Below are positions 50,023 to 61,570 of a DNA stretch of 64,000 nt, piece by piece. This DNA is from Camelus dromedarius. Lineage: Eukaryota. The position numbers were made by a program, and so were the translations under genes. The first letter of the stretch is position 1. Each line of letters opens with the position of its first letter. The notes beneath the pieces are model-generated. The model saw only the letters and a list, made by a program, of their open reading frames with translations, searched no databases and was not told the DNA's origin. The DNA lies in the NCBI RefSeq assembly GCF_036321535.1, contig NC_087438.1:11596001-11660000 (forward strand). Reading direction: 5' to 3'.

Positions 50023-50105
50023 CAATCTAGTCCTAACTCCAATTTTATAGAAGCTGAGGACAAAGGTAAGGTGACTTACCCAAGGTCACACAGCTAGTTA
50101 ATGCC
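50023..50105 (-). mobile_element. MIR core fragment adjoining the L1 insertion
   Basis: attttatagaagctgagg...aggtgacttacccaaggtcacacagctagttaatg. Confidence 0.7.
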
Positions 50106-53100
50106 AACATAATAAAAGTTGCAGATCTTTTCATTATAATTAACAACAGTCTCAGAAAATAGTGTGGATTTACATATCCAATCTCCAGCCTTTGAAGTAA
50201 TAGTTACTATATTCCTTGAGTTCTGTGGAGATAATTCATTTAATATCAAAAGGTAACAAATAAAAAGAATGACACAGCCGGAAAGCATGGTTTGTATGAT
50301 ATCCATGATAGGAAACTGCTAATATATGGCCAACACCACCAGTAAACTAAAGTCTAGGTATTACGTGATGCATTTAAAATAAAATTACTCTGGCAGGCAT
50401 ATTGTTTCTCCTTAAAATTGTTAGTAGCTTAACATGATTTATAGAAAGCCCTTTATATGTTGGGTTGGCAAGATTCAAAGTATCATTATTTTTTTCTTTT
50501 CGTGGTGGGAGTGGAGGAGATTTCAATTGCAAATGAGGTAATGTACATGTAAAGTACAGCTGATCATTTCAATACAACAGCCGTAATTAGCGTTGAGTAC
50601 TGACCAAATGAAAACTATGGCTAATATTTAAAAGAACATTCGTAAAATTCCTGAGCATACTGAAGAGACTCAATATGTTATTGCTGCTCAACTTTTAAAA
50701 ACATGGAATTTTGGAAGGATAATCTTTTTAAATTAGATCAGTGGCTGTCTCCTCTAGTTAAATAAAAAAATACATGAATTTGAATGAGGAAAAAGAAGGG
50801 TATAAAAGAAGGGTATAAAACCTCAACAATACGATGTCTTTGAGAAACGTTTAACAATAAAATCCTCCCTCCTGATTTCAATACTTTATATCAAGAGCAC
50901 ACTTTTGTTTTCAAAGGAAGACTATTATCTTTGTTTTTCACAGAGCTGGTTTATAATGCAAAAATTAAAAGTTAACAGAAACCTTGGTTTTAAGATAAAC
51001 TAAGATTTATGCAACCGAAGAAAAAAGTACAGAAAGAGGTTAAAATCTGAAATTTTTCTCTTTGGTTTGTGCAGTGATTATGTTTGCAGGTCAATTAACA
51101 ACATGCTCCCCTTATTTTTTTTTTTTCTGAACTATCAGCTTGTTTGTCTCCCAGAAAGCATCCTTGCTCCCAAGTGGTAATCTCCCCTTTTGGTCCAGAA
51201 GTGTCACGTTGCTCAACCATTAGATTTGGAGGGTCTGCTGGCATACGCACATGGCTGACATTTTTGAAAGTCTTTTATAATCAAAAAGACATGGCTGTCT
51301 TAATTATTAACATGGAAATAAAATACAGTGTGCTTTCTCAGATTTTCCCTTGATTAAACTTACTTTGATTATTTGGATTGTTCTTTGAAGAATAAAAAAT
51401 CTGTGTGTTGGAATCAAAAGCCATTAACCTAAGCTTTTCCAGTTGACGGTATTTTCAATAACTTTAACCTGCACACTGCAGCTCACCCTTTGTGATGATT
51501 TCATCCTTTTCTAGTGAATAAATTGCTGTCATCCCTGAGGTTCGTGAGTAAGGTTCTGAGTCTTGACTCTGCAGTAACATTTTTAATGGAGGCTGAGGTG
51601 GAACTTTGTAAAGGGCGTTTTGCAATGAGCATAACTTAGAATGAAACATTTAGTTGGTCTACTTATTAAGATAAAATTTGTGAGTCTAATTTAAACCATT
51701 ATTTTGTAATGAGCGCCCTCTCGTTCCTTAACGCATCGATTTCCGTCACAACAACTTGCATTCGATACGCACTTAGAGCCTCTTCCTGCGCTTCCCAGAA
51801 TTGCCTATTTTGTGCTGCCGGCTTTCTCCTCAGCTGAGGAGCACTGTCAAGTGCAGCTCGATGTCACAGCCTCATGAGTTTAGGAGAGAAGAATAAACTC
51901 ATCAGTAAATCAGAATTAAGAGCCCTGGAAAGCAGACGAGAGGACAGAAGCGACAGCCAAGCAAGGAGAATATTATTTCTTAAAGAAGCATTTCCAGAAA
52001 GCATACGGGTTAGGAGTCATTTAGAATTTTTTAACAAATTGGGTAAGAGGGAAGGAATAAAAAGATTCATTTAAAAATTCTGTACCGGTTAAATTGAAAC
52101 TTGGAGCTTGTCCATTTTTTGAAAGCTCTTTATCTTTTTTTTCCTGGGAAAATTTCAGTATAAGCAATCGCGTTGAGGTTTGGGTTTGTAGGTTCCTGTG
52201 TGGGAACTAGAGAGTCTAGTAAGTACAGGGTGACACATGTTTTGTGAGGCTGAGCATCACGGAGAGGGAGACGGTCAAAGTAAGCGGCATGATTCTCGCC
52301 TTTGGAATATGCCTGTAATTATTAATGATCCTCAACAGAGACACTGCAGACCACAAAGAAAATCATCCTCTTGATGTTTAAGTATATCCAGTCAGTGAAT
52401 AGTTAGGTCCTCAGTCCCATTTGCCGGTAACTGCAAAGCTGAATCTCCCTCTAAGAAATCAAACTGACCGCACTTCAGTGCCTGGAGCCTGGCCTTCCCT
52501 CTCACTAGGAGATACACTATGATGCTGCCTTCACAGCATGTAACCCATTTAACGGGGAGCTAGGATCGCCCACCTTTACTGCTTACAATCTCATCAAACA
52601 ACTCTGAGTACCTCACATGGCTAAGTTCACTGTCACCCCCACTCCTAAATTGTAGGGAACGGTTATTACAGGTGATTTAGAAAATCGTTTCTGCTGCCAT
52701 ACGAACTTCTAAAAGAATGTGATGTGGAGATAGTGATTGTACTTTGTCTACCTTGACAGAGTAAAAATATCTTATGAGGACTTTAGGAAAATTTATCTAG
52801 GCTACTGGAATGACAAGTAAAGGTGTTATCCTACCGTGCGCGGTGACATTACATTTTGGAGCATTTGGAAAGATTTCAAAGATATAAATAACCCTATGCA
52901 ATGATGGACAGGACTTCGGCATCCCAAAACACATAGTATTTGTGAATAGGCATCCTTTAACATTTTAAAATCTCAAGGCTTCCAGTTTTCATGGCTCTGG
53001 ACAAAATTATCTAAACTTATGGACAAATGTTTAAGAAACTGGATTTGGGTAAAATTCCCCAAAAGCACTCTTATAAGAGAAGTTGCTTTCTCAGACGCAG

Positions 53101-54844
53101 TGCCATCAATTCATGACGAGTCCGACAGTAGGAGGGGCTCAGAATTTTTTCAGGCACAGGGATAAGAGCTCAAGGGGAAGAGCTGGTGCTGTCCAGCTAG
53201 GACATTCAAGGAAGACACAGATAACGCAGGGGACCTCAACTCCAACGTAAATGTGATTCTGGCAATTAGAACTTCAGAGCAATTATTTAAACTGCATGTC
53301 AGAAATACACTAAGAAGGACAAATGTGCACACTGCAGTAGCACCTGCAGTGAGGATTTTACCAGCGAGGTAATAGGAGCAAGAGAAAGGATGAGTTTCAC
53401 AGCTGTTTTACCTGAAAAGAACCACCTAACTTAACACACAGAGGAGGGGGAGCAGCTAAGCACCAGGATACCAGGACTGCTCTGGAAATCTTCTCAAATT
53501 GATTTTCTTCCATCCAGAGATAAATAAAATATGACTGAATCGGCTGTGCTGTAATATGGCTCATTTGGGATGCTGTGAATTATTTATCCCTGACTATGTA
53601 CCCATTTGGCATGTTTACTCACTAACCTTTTAAAGCCATCTGATAAAATGGCACAAACTTTCCTTAAATTGACTCATTTGGGTAGACGTTTCAGGACCAG
53701 CACCTTTCTTTGTACTCCTGAACTAACTTCCATTTATACATCTGGAGAAAACAACGTACGTGTAGCGGAAGTGCTCTGCACAGCGCACCAGAGCACAGTT
53801 ACATCCATATTTGGCCTTGGTCCCTCAGGAAGGCCACAGGCTAACAGAAATGGATGACTGCTTTCTTCCAAAATAAACTAGGAAATAAAATTTACTCATT
53901 TAGCACACAACTTAGTGCTTACTGTGGGCCTGATGCTGGACATATGTTGGTGAAAAGACAGGCAAGTTCCTGCTCACGTGATGCTTACAGGCTAGCCGAA
54001 GAGGATGACATTAGACCAACAATGGCACCAAGAAAGTTGGCATGTAACTATGAATGGTGACAAGTGTGGTGAGAAAGCAAAGGCTGCTCTGAAGGAGGAA
54101 AACAGAAAGTACTCATTTTGGTTTAGGGGTTCAGGGAAGCCTCTTCAATCAAAAGGCACGTTTCGAGCTCTGGAGCAAGAGGAGAAACATTACTCCTGAA
54201 TAGGCTGCTGGCTCCTGTCTGGTAACGAGGTGGGGAGAGCTCATGCAGGAGGAATCACTGACATTCTTTCCACATAGGACTTGAAAAAAAAAAAAGATTT
54301 TAATCCAAATTCCCAGAGCCATGAAGACTGGAAGACTTGAGATTTTAAAATGTTAAAGGATGCCTGCCCATGAAGACCATATGTTTTGGGATGCTGAAGT
54401 CCTATCAGCCAACAGAGCAACCGTGTTTACTGACTTGCTGACAATACCATCTAAGAACCCTCTACATGTAAGTGTATTCCACCAATTATTCCTAGAGGCG
54501 AGAAAAAAAAAAACCCAAGGCTCTGTGTTTTATTACTTATATTTATAGTAATAAAAACTCAACCCACTGATTCAAATAAACATGCAGAATGAAATGAAGT
54601 AAAAGGAACTCGCTTAAAATGCACTGTCTACTAAATAACTCTTCACAAATGGATTCCCCTTGACTTTATGTCCATTCGTACGCTGCTCAGTGCTTGACTC
54701 CTGGTCTCTCCCCTCCCAGCAGACAGTCCAAGGGCAACAAGCAGGGGCCTGCAGCATCCAGGGCAGCCCAGAGCCAGTGGGGTCCCCTGAGGAGTTTCTG
54801 AGGACAAGCTCACCTTGGAAATCTAAAGTTCAACAGATTCATGG

Positions 54845-54990
54845 ACTCATTCACCTATTCAACAAATATGTACTGAATGTCTACCATGTGCCAGCCATGG
54901 TCCTAGGTACTGAGAACACCATGGAAAATAAAACATTCCTAGCCCACAAGGAGCTTTCAGTTAAGATGACAGAGAATAAGCAGGGGATGG
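54845..54990 (-). mobile_element. L2 3' end (appears to continue at about 56178-56330)
   Basis: cattcacctattcaacaaatatgtactgaatgtctaccatgtgccag...ctaggtactgagaa. Confidence 0.75.
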
Positions 54991-55004
54991 CACTCAACAT
55001 ATAT

Positions 55005-56178
55005 CTAGAATGTGGCCAGTGCGCACCACCTTCACCGCTACCACCCCAGTCCAAGCATCACTTAGGATGACTGCAGTAGCCTCCTAACTGGACATTTAAC
55101 TTCCACCTTGCCCCTCCACTGGCTCTCCCCACAGAGCAGCCAGAGAAATACTGTCCAATTATTAATTCAGATCATGTCAAAGCTCTGCTTCAAACCCTCA
55201 GATGGCTTTCCAACTTACATTTACCACTTACATTATGAATAAAATATAAACTTACGTTTACAGTTTGCAAGGCTGCACTCCTCTCTGACCTCGTGTCCTG
55301 CCACTCTCCTTAGGGCAAATTGCAAAAGATGCTCACAGTGCTTTGCAGTTTGCTGCTTCAAGAGGTAGAGTCAATTTCCCACCCCTTGAATCTGGGATTG
55401 GCCAAGAGACTTGCTTTGACCAATAGAATGTGGCAGGAGTGACCTGCCAAATGAACAAGCATCAAATAACCTACAGAAGGATGAACAATGTGGACCAGAG
55501 ACAAGTCATCCCACCTGAGGTCCCCAAGGCCACTCAGTTCTCAGCTTCCTGACAGCTGCCAGAGACGCATGAGCGAGCCCCGTCAAGACCAGCAGAACTG
55601 CCCAGCTGACCCAGCTAGACTGCTGACAAACAGCTGACTAAGCTAAATGAGTGGTCGTTGTTTTAAACCACTAAGCTCTGAGACGGCTTATTATGCAGCA
55701 AAAGCTAACTGGTACATCTCCCCTTATCCATTTCACCCCTGCCACACCCACTTCCTTACAGTTACATGAAGACAACAAGTAAACTTTGCACCTCAGACCC
55801 TTTGCACTTGCTGCTCCCAATATGTAAGAGAACTTCTCACCCAGATATCCGCTTACATCATTCTCTTCAGATCTCTGCCCAACTGTGAGCCATCGGTGAG
55901 GCCTTCCCTGCACACACTCTGTAGAACTGCAAACCCACCTCCCCACTCCAGCCCAGCACTTCTTTGTTTTTCTGCATAGGGTTTCTCATCATCTGACATA
56001 CGAAATTTACTATGTATTTACCTATTAATTTTTAACCTACCATGCCCATTAGAATGTAAGTCCCATGAGGACCAGGACTTTCTCTTGTTTTGTCATCCCT
56101 ATGTCTCTAATACAATGCCTGGTACATGTGAAAATGCAATATGTGTTGGTTAAATGAATAACTCAATGAATGAATGAA
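55005..56178 (+). mobile_element. L2 3' region, split by a MaLR LTR
   Basis: ctgcagtagcctcctaactgg, cagcagccagagaa, cctttgcacttgctg, tagaatgtaagtcccatgagg, ending in the L2 tail aatgaatgaatgaa. Confidence 0.8.
55311..55715 (+). mobile_element. MaLR (MLT1F/G-type) LTR
   Basis: tccaccccttgaatctggg...gacttgctttgaccaatagaatgtggcagga...ttttaaaccactaag...ttatgcagcaaaagctaactggtaca. Confidence 0.78.
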
Positions 56179-56569
56179 ACAGATCAGGAAATGTAAGATA
56201 GTAATAACTATCATAAAGAGATTTAAAATAGGGTTATAAGGTAATAAGTGAACAGGTGCCCACTTTAGATTCAGTGGTGACAGAAGGCATCACTGAGGTG
56301 GTGACAATTGAGTGGACACCCGAATAAATTCAAGTGCTTCTAACTATACAAGGTTAAGTTTGCATGTAAGTATCACAACAATAATGTCACTGTCCCCAGT
56401 CACAGCTGACGCTGCCACAACAGCCGAGGGTCAGTGTCCATGGACAGATCCAGAAAGCAAGGCGAAGGCTTCATACCTGTCCTGAGGCAGACAGTCTTCC
56501 TGCCTCTCCATCAGTTACACCATCAGTATCATTTCCGGTACACTGTCACAGCTGCCAGTAATCACATCA

Positions 56570-56770
56570 CCAACTTTCTCAAGTGTTCGTACTGCACCAG
56601 GTATGGTTCTTGGCACAGTATGGTTTTCAACTAATTGATATTATTATTATCTGCACTTTACAGACAGAAATGAGGAGACAGAGAATGTAGGTCTTATGCC
56701 AAAAGGCACAGAGCGAGAAAGCAGTAGGACTGGCTTTAATCATAAGCCATTTGGCTCTGATGCCCCCACC
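56570..56770 (-). mobile_element. MIR SINE
   Basis: tattattattatctgcactttacagacagaaatgaggagacagagaa...gccaaaaggcacagagc. Confidence 0.6.
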
Positions 56771-57144
56771 CTTTCCCATCCATCATCTATGACACATTGC
56801 CTCACATAGACCCCAGTGCCTTGTTCAGAACTTTGGCAGAAAGAAACTTCTGGGCCCTGGGAGCTAAGCATCGTGCTTTCCCTGGGAAGCCTTGAGGCAG
56901 GCACAGGGCATGGGTCTGGAGAGAGGGAGGCGAGCCTCCCAGGAGAGAACTGCCAAACTTCTCCGCTTTCACAGTAAAAGGCAGCCTTGCAGCCACCTGC
57001 TCACTGTCCAAGTTCTAGAACCCACCCTTGGTCAGCAATCTGAGATACCAGGGTTCATCACGTATGTGATATTTATGTTTGTTATCTCTTAAAAGCCCAG
57101 CAGAAATAAGTAATATTTAAGGAAAAAATTATGTAACTTTTCTT

Positions 57145-57760
57145 CTGATTTTTCTTGGGATATAAGTGACATATAGTGCTGCGTAAGTTTAAGGTGTGCA
57201 TCATAGTGACTTGTTGTACATACATCATGAAATGATTACTGCAGTAAGTTTAGTGAACATCCATCATCTCATATAGATACAAAATTAAAGAAATAGTAAA
57301 AAGAGTTTCATCTTTCCTTGCGATGAGAACTCTTGGGATTTATGCTCTTAACAATGTTCATATGTAACATACAGCAGTGTTAATTATATTTATCATGTAC
57401 CTTATATCCCCAGTACTTATTTATCTTATAACCGGAAGTATATACCTTATGACCACCTTCATTCAGTTCCCCTCCCCTCACTCTCTGCCTCTCGTAACCA
57501 CAAATCTGATCTCTTTTCCTATGAGATGGTTGGTTGGTTGGTTGGTTGGTTGGCTGGTTGATTGGTTGATTGGTTTTTGAAGAATAATTGACTTACAACA
57601 CTATGTTAGTCCCTGGTACACAACACAGTGATTCAATGTTTCTATATATTTCAAGATGATCACATGACAAGTCTAGCTATGATATATCACCATACAAAGA
57701 TATTACACAATCCCTGACTATATTCCATACACTGTACATTTCATACACATTACTCATTTA
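57145..57760 (-). mobile_element. L1 3' UTR fragment(s) with an internal (GGTT)n tract
   Basis: tataagtgacata...taagtttaaggtgt...aagtttagtgaacatccatcatctcatatagatac...gatgagaactctt. (GGTT)n at 57528-57575. Confidence 0.8.
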
Positions 57761-58428
57761 GGAAAATATTTTTATAACAAGGAGAATGACACAAATGCTA
57801 AAGGCTCACAAAATGGCTTTCTTCTCAGTGTGCCTCCAAATACCCTTGCTTTTCTATGTCAAAATGGTGGCCATGACAATTTTGCTCCATTGAGTCTGGA
57901 TGCTCTGGCAGCCCTGTGGCGTTCTCCTCCTCTCTAGCATACCCTTATGACACCACACACACCACAGTGGCTCTGGCTTCCCTCTGCCTTGGTTACCCGA
58001 CTTGTTCCTTCTTAATTGCAGATTAAACCACCTGGGCCACAAGGCAAGGGGCCCAGTGCAGTGGAGGTTTGTTTGCCCCATTTCAGATGGAAGGCACACC
58101 ATCAAAGGAGAGGGCTGCAGAGATCTGGAGAAAAATCAGGCCACACAAGTCCAAGTTCCCTGTAGAAAACACCAGGGAGACATGCTTTATTAAGCAGAGA
58201 GGCTAGTTTTGCATCTCAGTTTTGCACGTGTTACTTACAATGAGTCATTCCTTCAGTGTAGATGCTCAGAGTCTGTAAATTCAGAGGCACTTCCTCACGA
58301 ACTTGCCTTGTCCCTCACTATTGAAAAGCCACCACTCTTCAGACTCAGCTCAGAAGCCACCTCCTCCATCGCAAGACTTTCTCTCTTCCAAACTCATCAC
58401 TTCTTGTTTGTTCCATTTATTCCCCACA

Positions 58429-59176
58429 TGTTATGGGCTGAAGTGTGTGCCTCTGAAAAATTCCTGTGTTGAAGTCCTAACCCTCAGTAGTGTATTTGGA
58501 GACAGGTCCTTACAGGTATTATCAGGTATCTTGGGTTTGTTCAGGCGGTTACTTCAATGTATCATAGATTGGGTGGCTTTTAACAATAGAATTTTTTTCC
58601 ACAGTTCTGAAAGCTGGCAGTCTGGGGTCAGGGTGCCCGCATGGTTAGGTTCCAGTGAGTACACTCCTCAGGATGGCAGGCCGCTTTCTTATCATAGCAT
58701 CACATGGTGAAAGAGAGCTGGGTATCTCCCTGGCCTCCCTGTTCTTATAAGGGCAATAATCCCATCACAGGCTCCACCCTCATGACCTAATCACCTCCCA
58801 AGGCCCCACCTTAGAGACTGGGATTCAACACATGAATTTCAGAGGTATACACACACTCAGTCCATAACACCAGGTGACTGAGGTCACTAGGGTAGGCCCT
58901 AATCCAACATGGCAGGTGTTCTTATAAGAAGAGGGAATTTGGACACAGAGACACATATGGAGGGAAGCAGGTGAACACCCAGGAGAAGACAGCCATCTAC
59001 AAACCAAGGACAGAGACCGGGAACAGACCTTTCCCTCATGGCTCTCAGAAAGAACCAACCCTGCTGACACCTTATCTTGGACTTCCAGCCTCCAGAACTG
59101 TAAGACTATAAATTTCTGTTGTTCAAGCCAGCCAGTGTGTGGCACTCTGTTACAGCAGCCCCAGTGAACTCATACA
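58429..59176 (+). mobile_element. MaLR (MLT1B-like) LTR containing a nested, inverted MaLR LTR
   Basis: tgttatgggctgaa...gtatttggagacagg | insert | gggtaggccctaatccaa...ttggacttccagcctccagaactgtaaga...gttacagcagcccc...cataca. Confidence 0.85.
58527..58869 (-). mobile_element. MaLR (MLT1A-like) LTR nested in the opposite orientation
   Basis: gggtggctttaacaatagaa...cacagttctga...ccaccctcatgacctaatcacctcccaaggccccacc...cagtccataaca, with 5-bp flanks tcagg / ccagg. Confidence 0.85.
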
Positions 59177-59949
59177 CCATGAATGGCCTTGGGATGTGTC
59201 CTGTGCTGCCTTGTCACTGAACACCTAGGATTTTATTTTATGGCTTGATTTGGTTGCATGGTATTCGAATGTGGTGAGGATGACAGGGAGTTTAATTCAA
59301 CCTGAATTCAAAGGTGAGATTCAGTGATCAGAACAAAAATGACTTCTCTGTTTCCTTAATCCAGGAGACGACAGAGCCATGAGCTGGGGGCAGACAGTTC
59401 TACACAAGATGGAGAGTTGGATCTGGAGGCCCATGAAAGGACTGAAAATAGATATGCAGGAAATATAAAAGCATATTTTCTAGAAGTGGAGTCAAAACTG
59501 GAGGCATGGCCCCTTTCCTTATATACTCTATTAGTAAAGATGGCTACTTCCCATGGGCGAGAATGAGACACATTATCCTACAAAAGAAACTCACATCCAT
59601 TCACTTCAGCTTCAGGGAATTTGTTGTTTGGGGCATGTATCCAGCTTGTTTCAGCTCAGTTGCATAAACAAATCCACGGTAAGCTGTGATTCTTGGAAAT
59701 TCAGTCACCAACTCAGGCTAAATGACATCTCAAGATAAGAACTGAAGTGAGCCTAATGCAAACTTATAGACATGGTAAGAATGATCAAATTTCGTAAGAC
59801 CTTCAGAAAGATTCAAGTCACCTCAATAAAAAGGATCTGCTTTGTTCAAATGTGACTTGAAACTATCTTTACAGAAACAATGCAAGATATTTGTCTTTTG
59901 GTTTTGCATATTAATTTTTGAAAAAGTCTTGGTAATTATGAATTTACAG

Positions 59950-60430
59950 CCAAGGTTCCCAGACTATTTTGGTTCACAGAGCCCTTAGCGTCACCATAAA
60001 TCTCCTCACTTTGCTCTCAGGCCAAAAGAAATAGCTTACAATTCTGTCTATGAAGTAGTCGGATCCAGGCAACTTAATAGTATATATTTCTTAACAATTT
60101 AATAGCCATTTAAAACACAATAATTGTTATTATTAAATGACCACAATTACTTAGAACATGTGACCTGTTGGATACTGTACAACTTCTGAAGTTTCGGACT
60201 GAAAGCAGACATTGCCTCCTCCATTCCCTGTTCCAATTCTGTCTTCATGGGGCACTTTCATTGTACCACAGCCGTCCTGAAAAATCTGACTTTATCATCA
60301 AAAGGAATCTTAAAACCTGAAGTCATGAATTATCTGGAGCTAGTAATTCACCCACTTCCCAACAGATGGCGCTGTATTTTCCTTGAAAATTTCCAATATC
60401 CAGTGGTGCCCCAGAGGTCTCATGGAATAA
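59950..60430. mobile_element. Possible ancient hAT-type DNA transposon remnant
   Basis: Starts caaggttcccagact...tggttcacagagccctt and ends near cagtggtgcccc, resembling Charlie-type termini. Family not determined. Confidence 0.35.
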
Positions 60431-61497
60431 ATTTCCACACCAGAGGTTTATACAATCATTAGTTTGTATCTCAAACACAGCAATACACTTAGGGGCAGGA
60501 TTCATAGTTAACAATAGTAGATGAAAATTCACATTTCTAATTATCTGTTAATCATTTCCAAGTTTTTGGCTGACTTTTTTGTCAGCTCTGACTAGATTTG
60601 TCACTTTTTTTCTAGAAACACGGCAGCACTAGCACCAGGAACGCCAACTGAGCCACATTCTTATTGTTTGATTAAATTTGCATTATTACAATTGCCTTCA
60701 ATCTAAGGTTTCTTTGCAGGAATATTTCTCAGCTTCTTGTCAGTTACGTGACAGTAAAGCGGAGTTTAAACCAAGCATTGTAATCTGCAACATCAAATCC
60801 ACAGGGCCTCCATAACTGCGCTATGTCATATTAAGCCGAAATGCAACTCCAGTGAGGATGCTGCTGCCAACCGCTCCTTCTTCGGAACACTGCTGATAGC
60901 ATATTCATGACCATCTGACGTTTGAACAGAGCCCTGGGCCCAAAAGCCAACTTGGATATTAAACATCAGGAAAGCGGCTGTCGTGTGGATTGAGGATAAT
61001 ATATGTAACTGTCCTAGAACTGGGATGACATGGGGTTCAAGTTCAATAAATCTTATCATTTTCATATCCTAAATCCCTCAGTGCTGTAAAAAGCCCCCCA
61101 AACCGCCCCCTGCCAGGTGGCTTTTAAAGTATGGAATCACTCCCCAGTAAAGCCTGCAGTGAAGAATCCAGCCCCCAGCCAGCCATCCAGGGGTGGATTA
61201 GGAGCTTGCAAAAGTAGCTGAGACATTCAGAGTGCTTCATCCATGGACACCTCTCAGCTGGGGCTCCCTGGCTGTCTGTAAGTCCACATGGATTGCTGCT
61301 TCCTTACACTGTCAAAGAGCTTCATGCCCAGAAACCCAGAGTACGTGGTCTGATTATAAGGAAATCTAGCTACATTTGCTCTGTGAAGGACAGAAAAGTT
61401 ACCTAAATAAGTCGTAAGTGATTAATACAAATCACACACCGGGAGGCCTGTGAGGTAACCTACACATTTCACTTTTCTCCACGAAAAGAAAGACGCA

Positions 61498-61570
61498 ACA
61501 CCAGAAACTGACACAAAATTGTAAACTGACTATACTTCAATAAAAAAAAAAAATGCAAAAAAATAAAAAA
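61498..61570 (+). mobile_element. Extremely truncated young L1 3' end with poly(A)
   Basis: acaccagaaactgacacaaaattgtaaactgactatacttcAATAAAaaaaaaa, flanked by aaagacgcaaca / aaggacacaaca. Confidence 0.75.
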
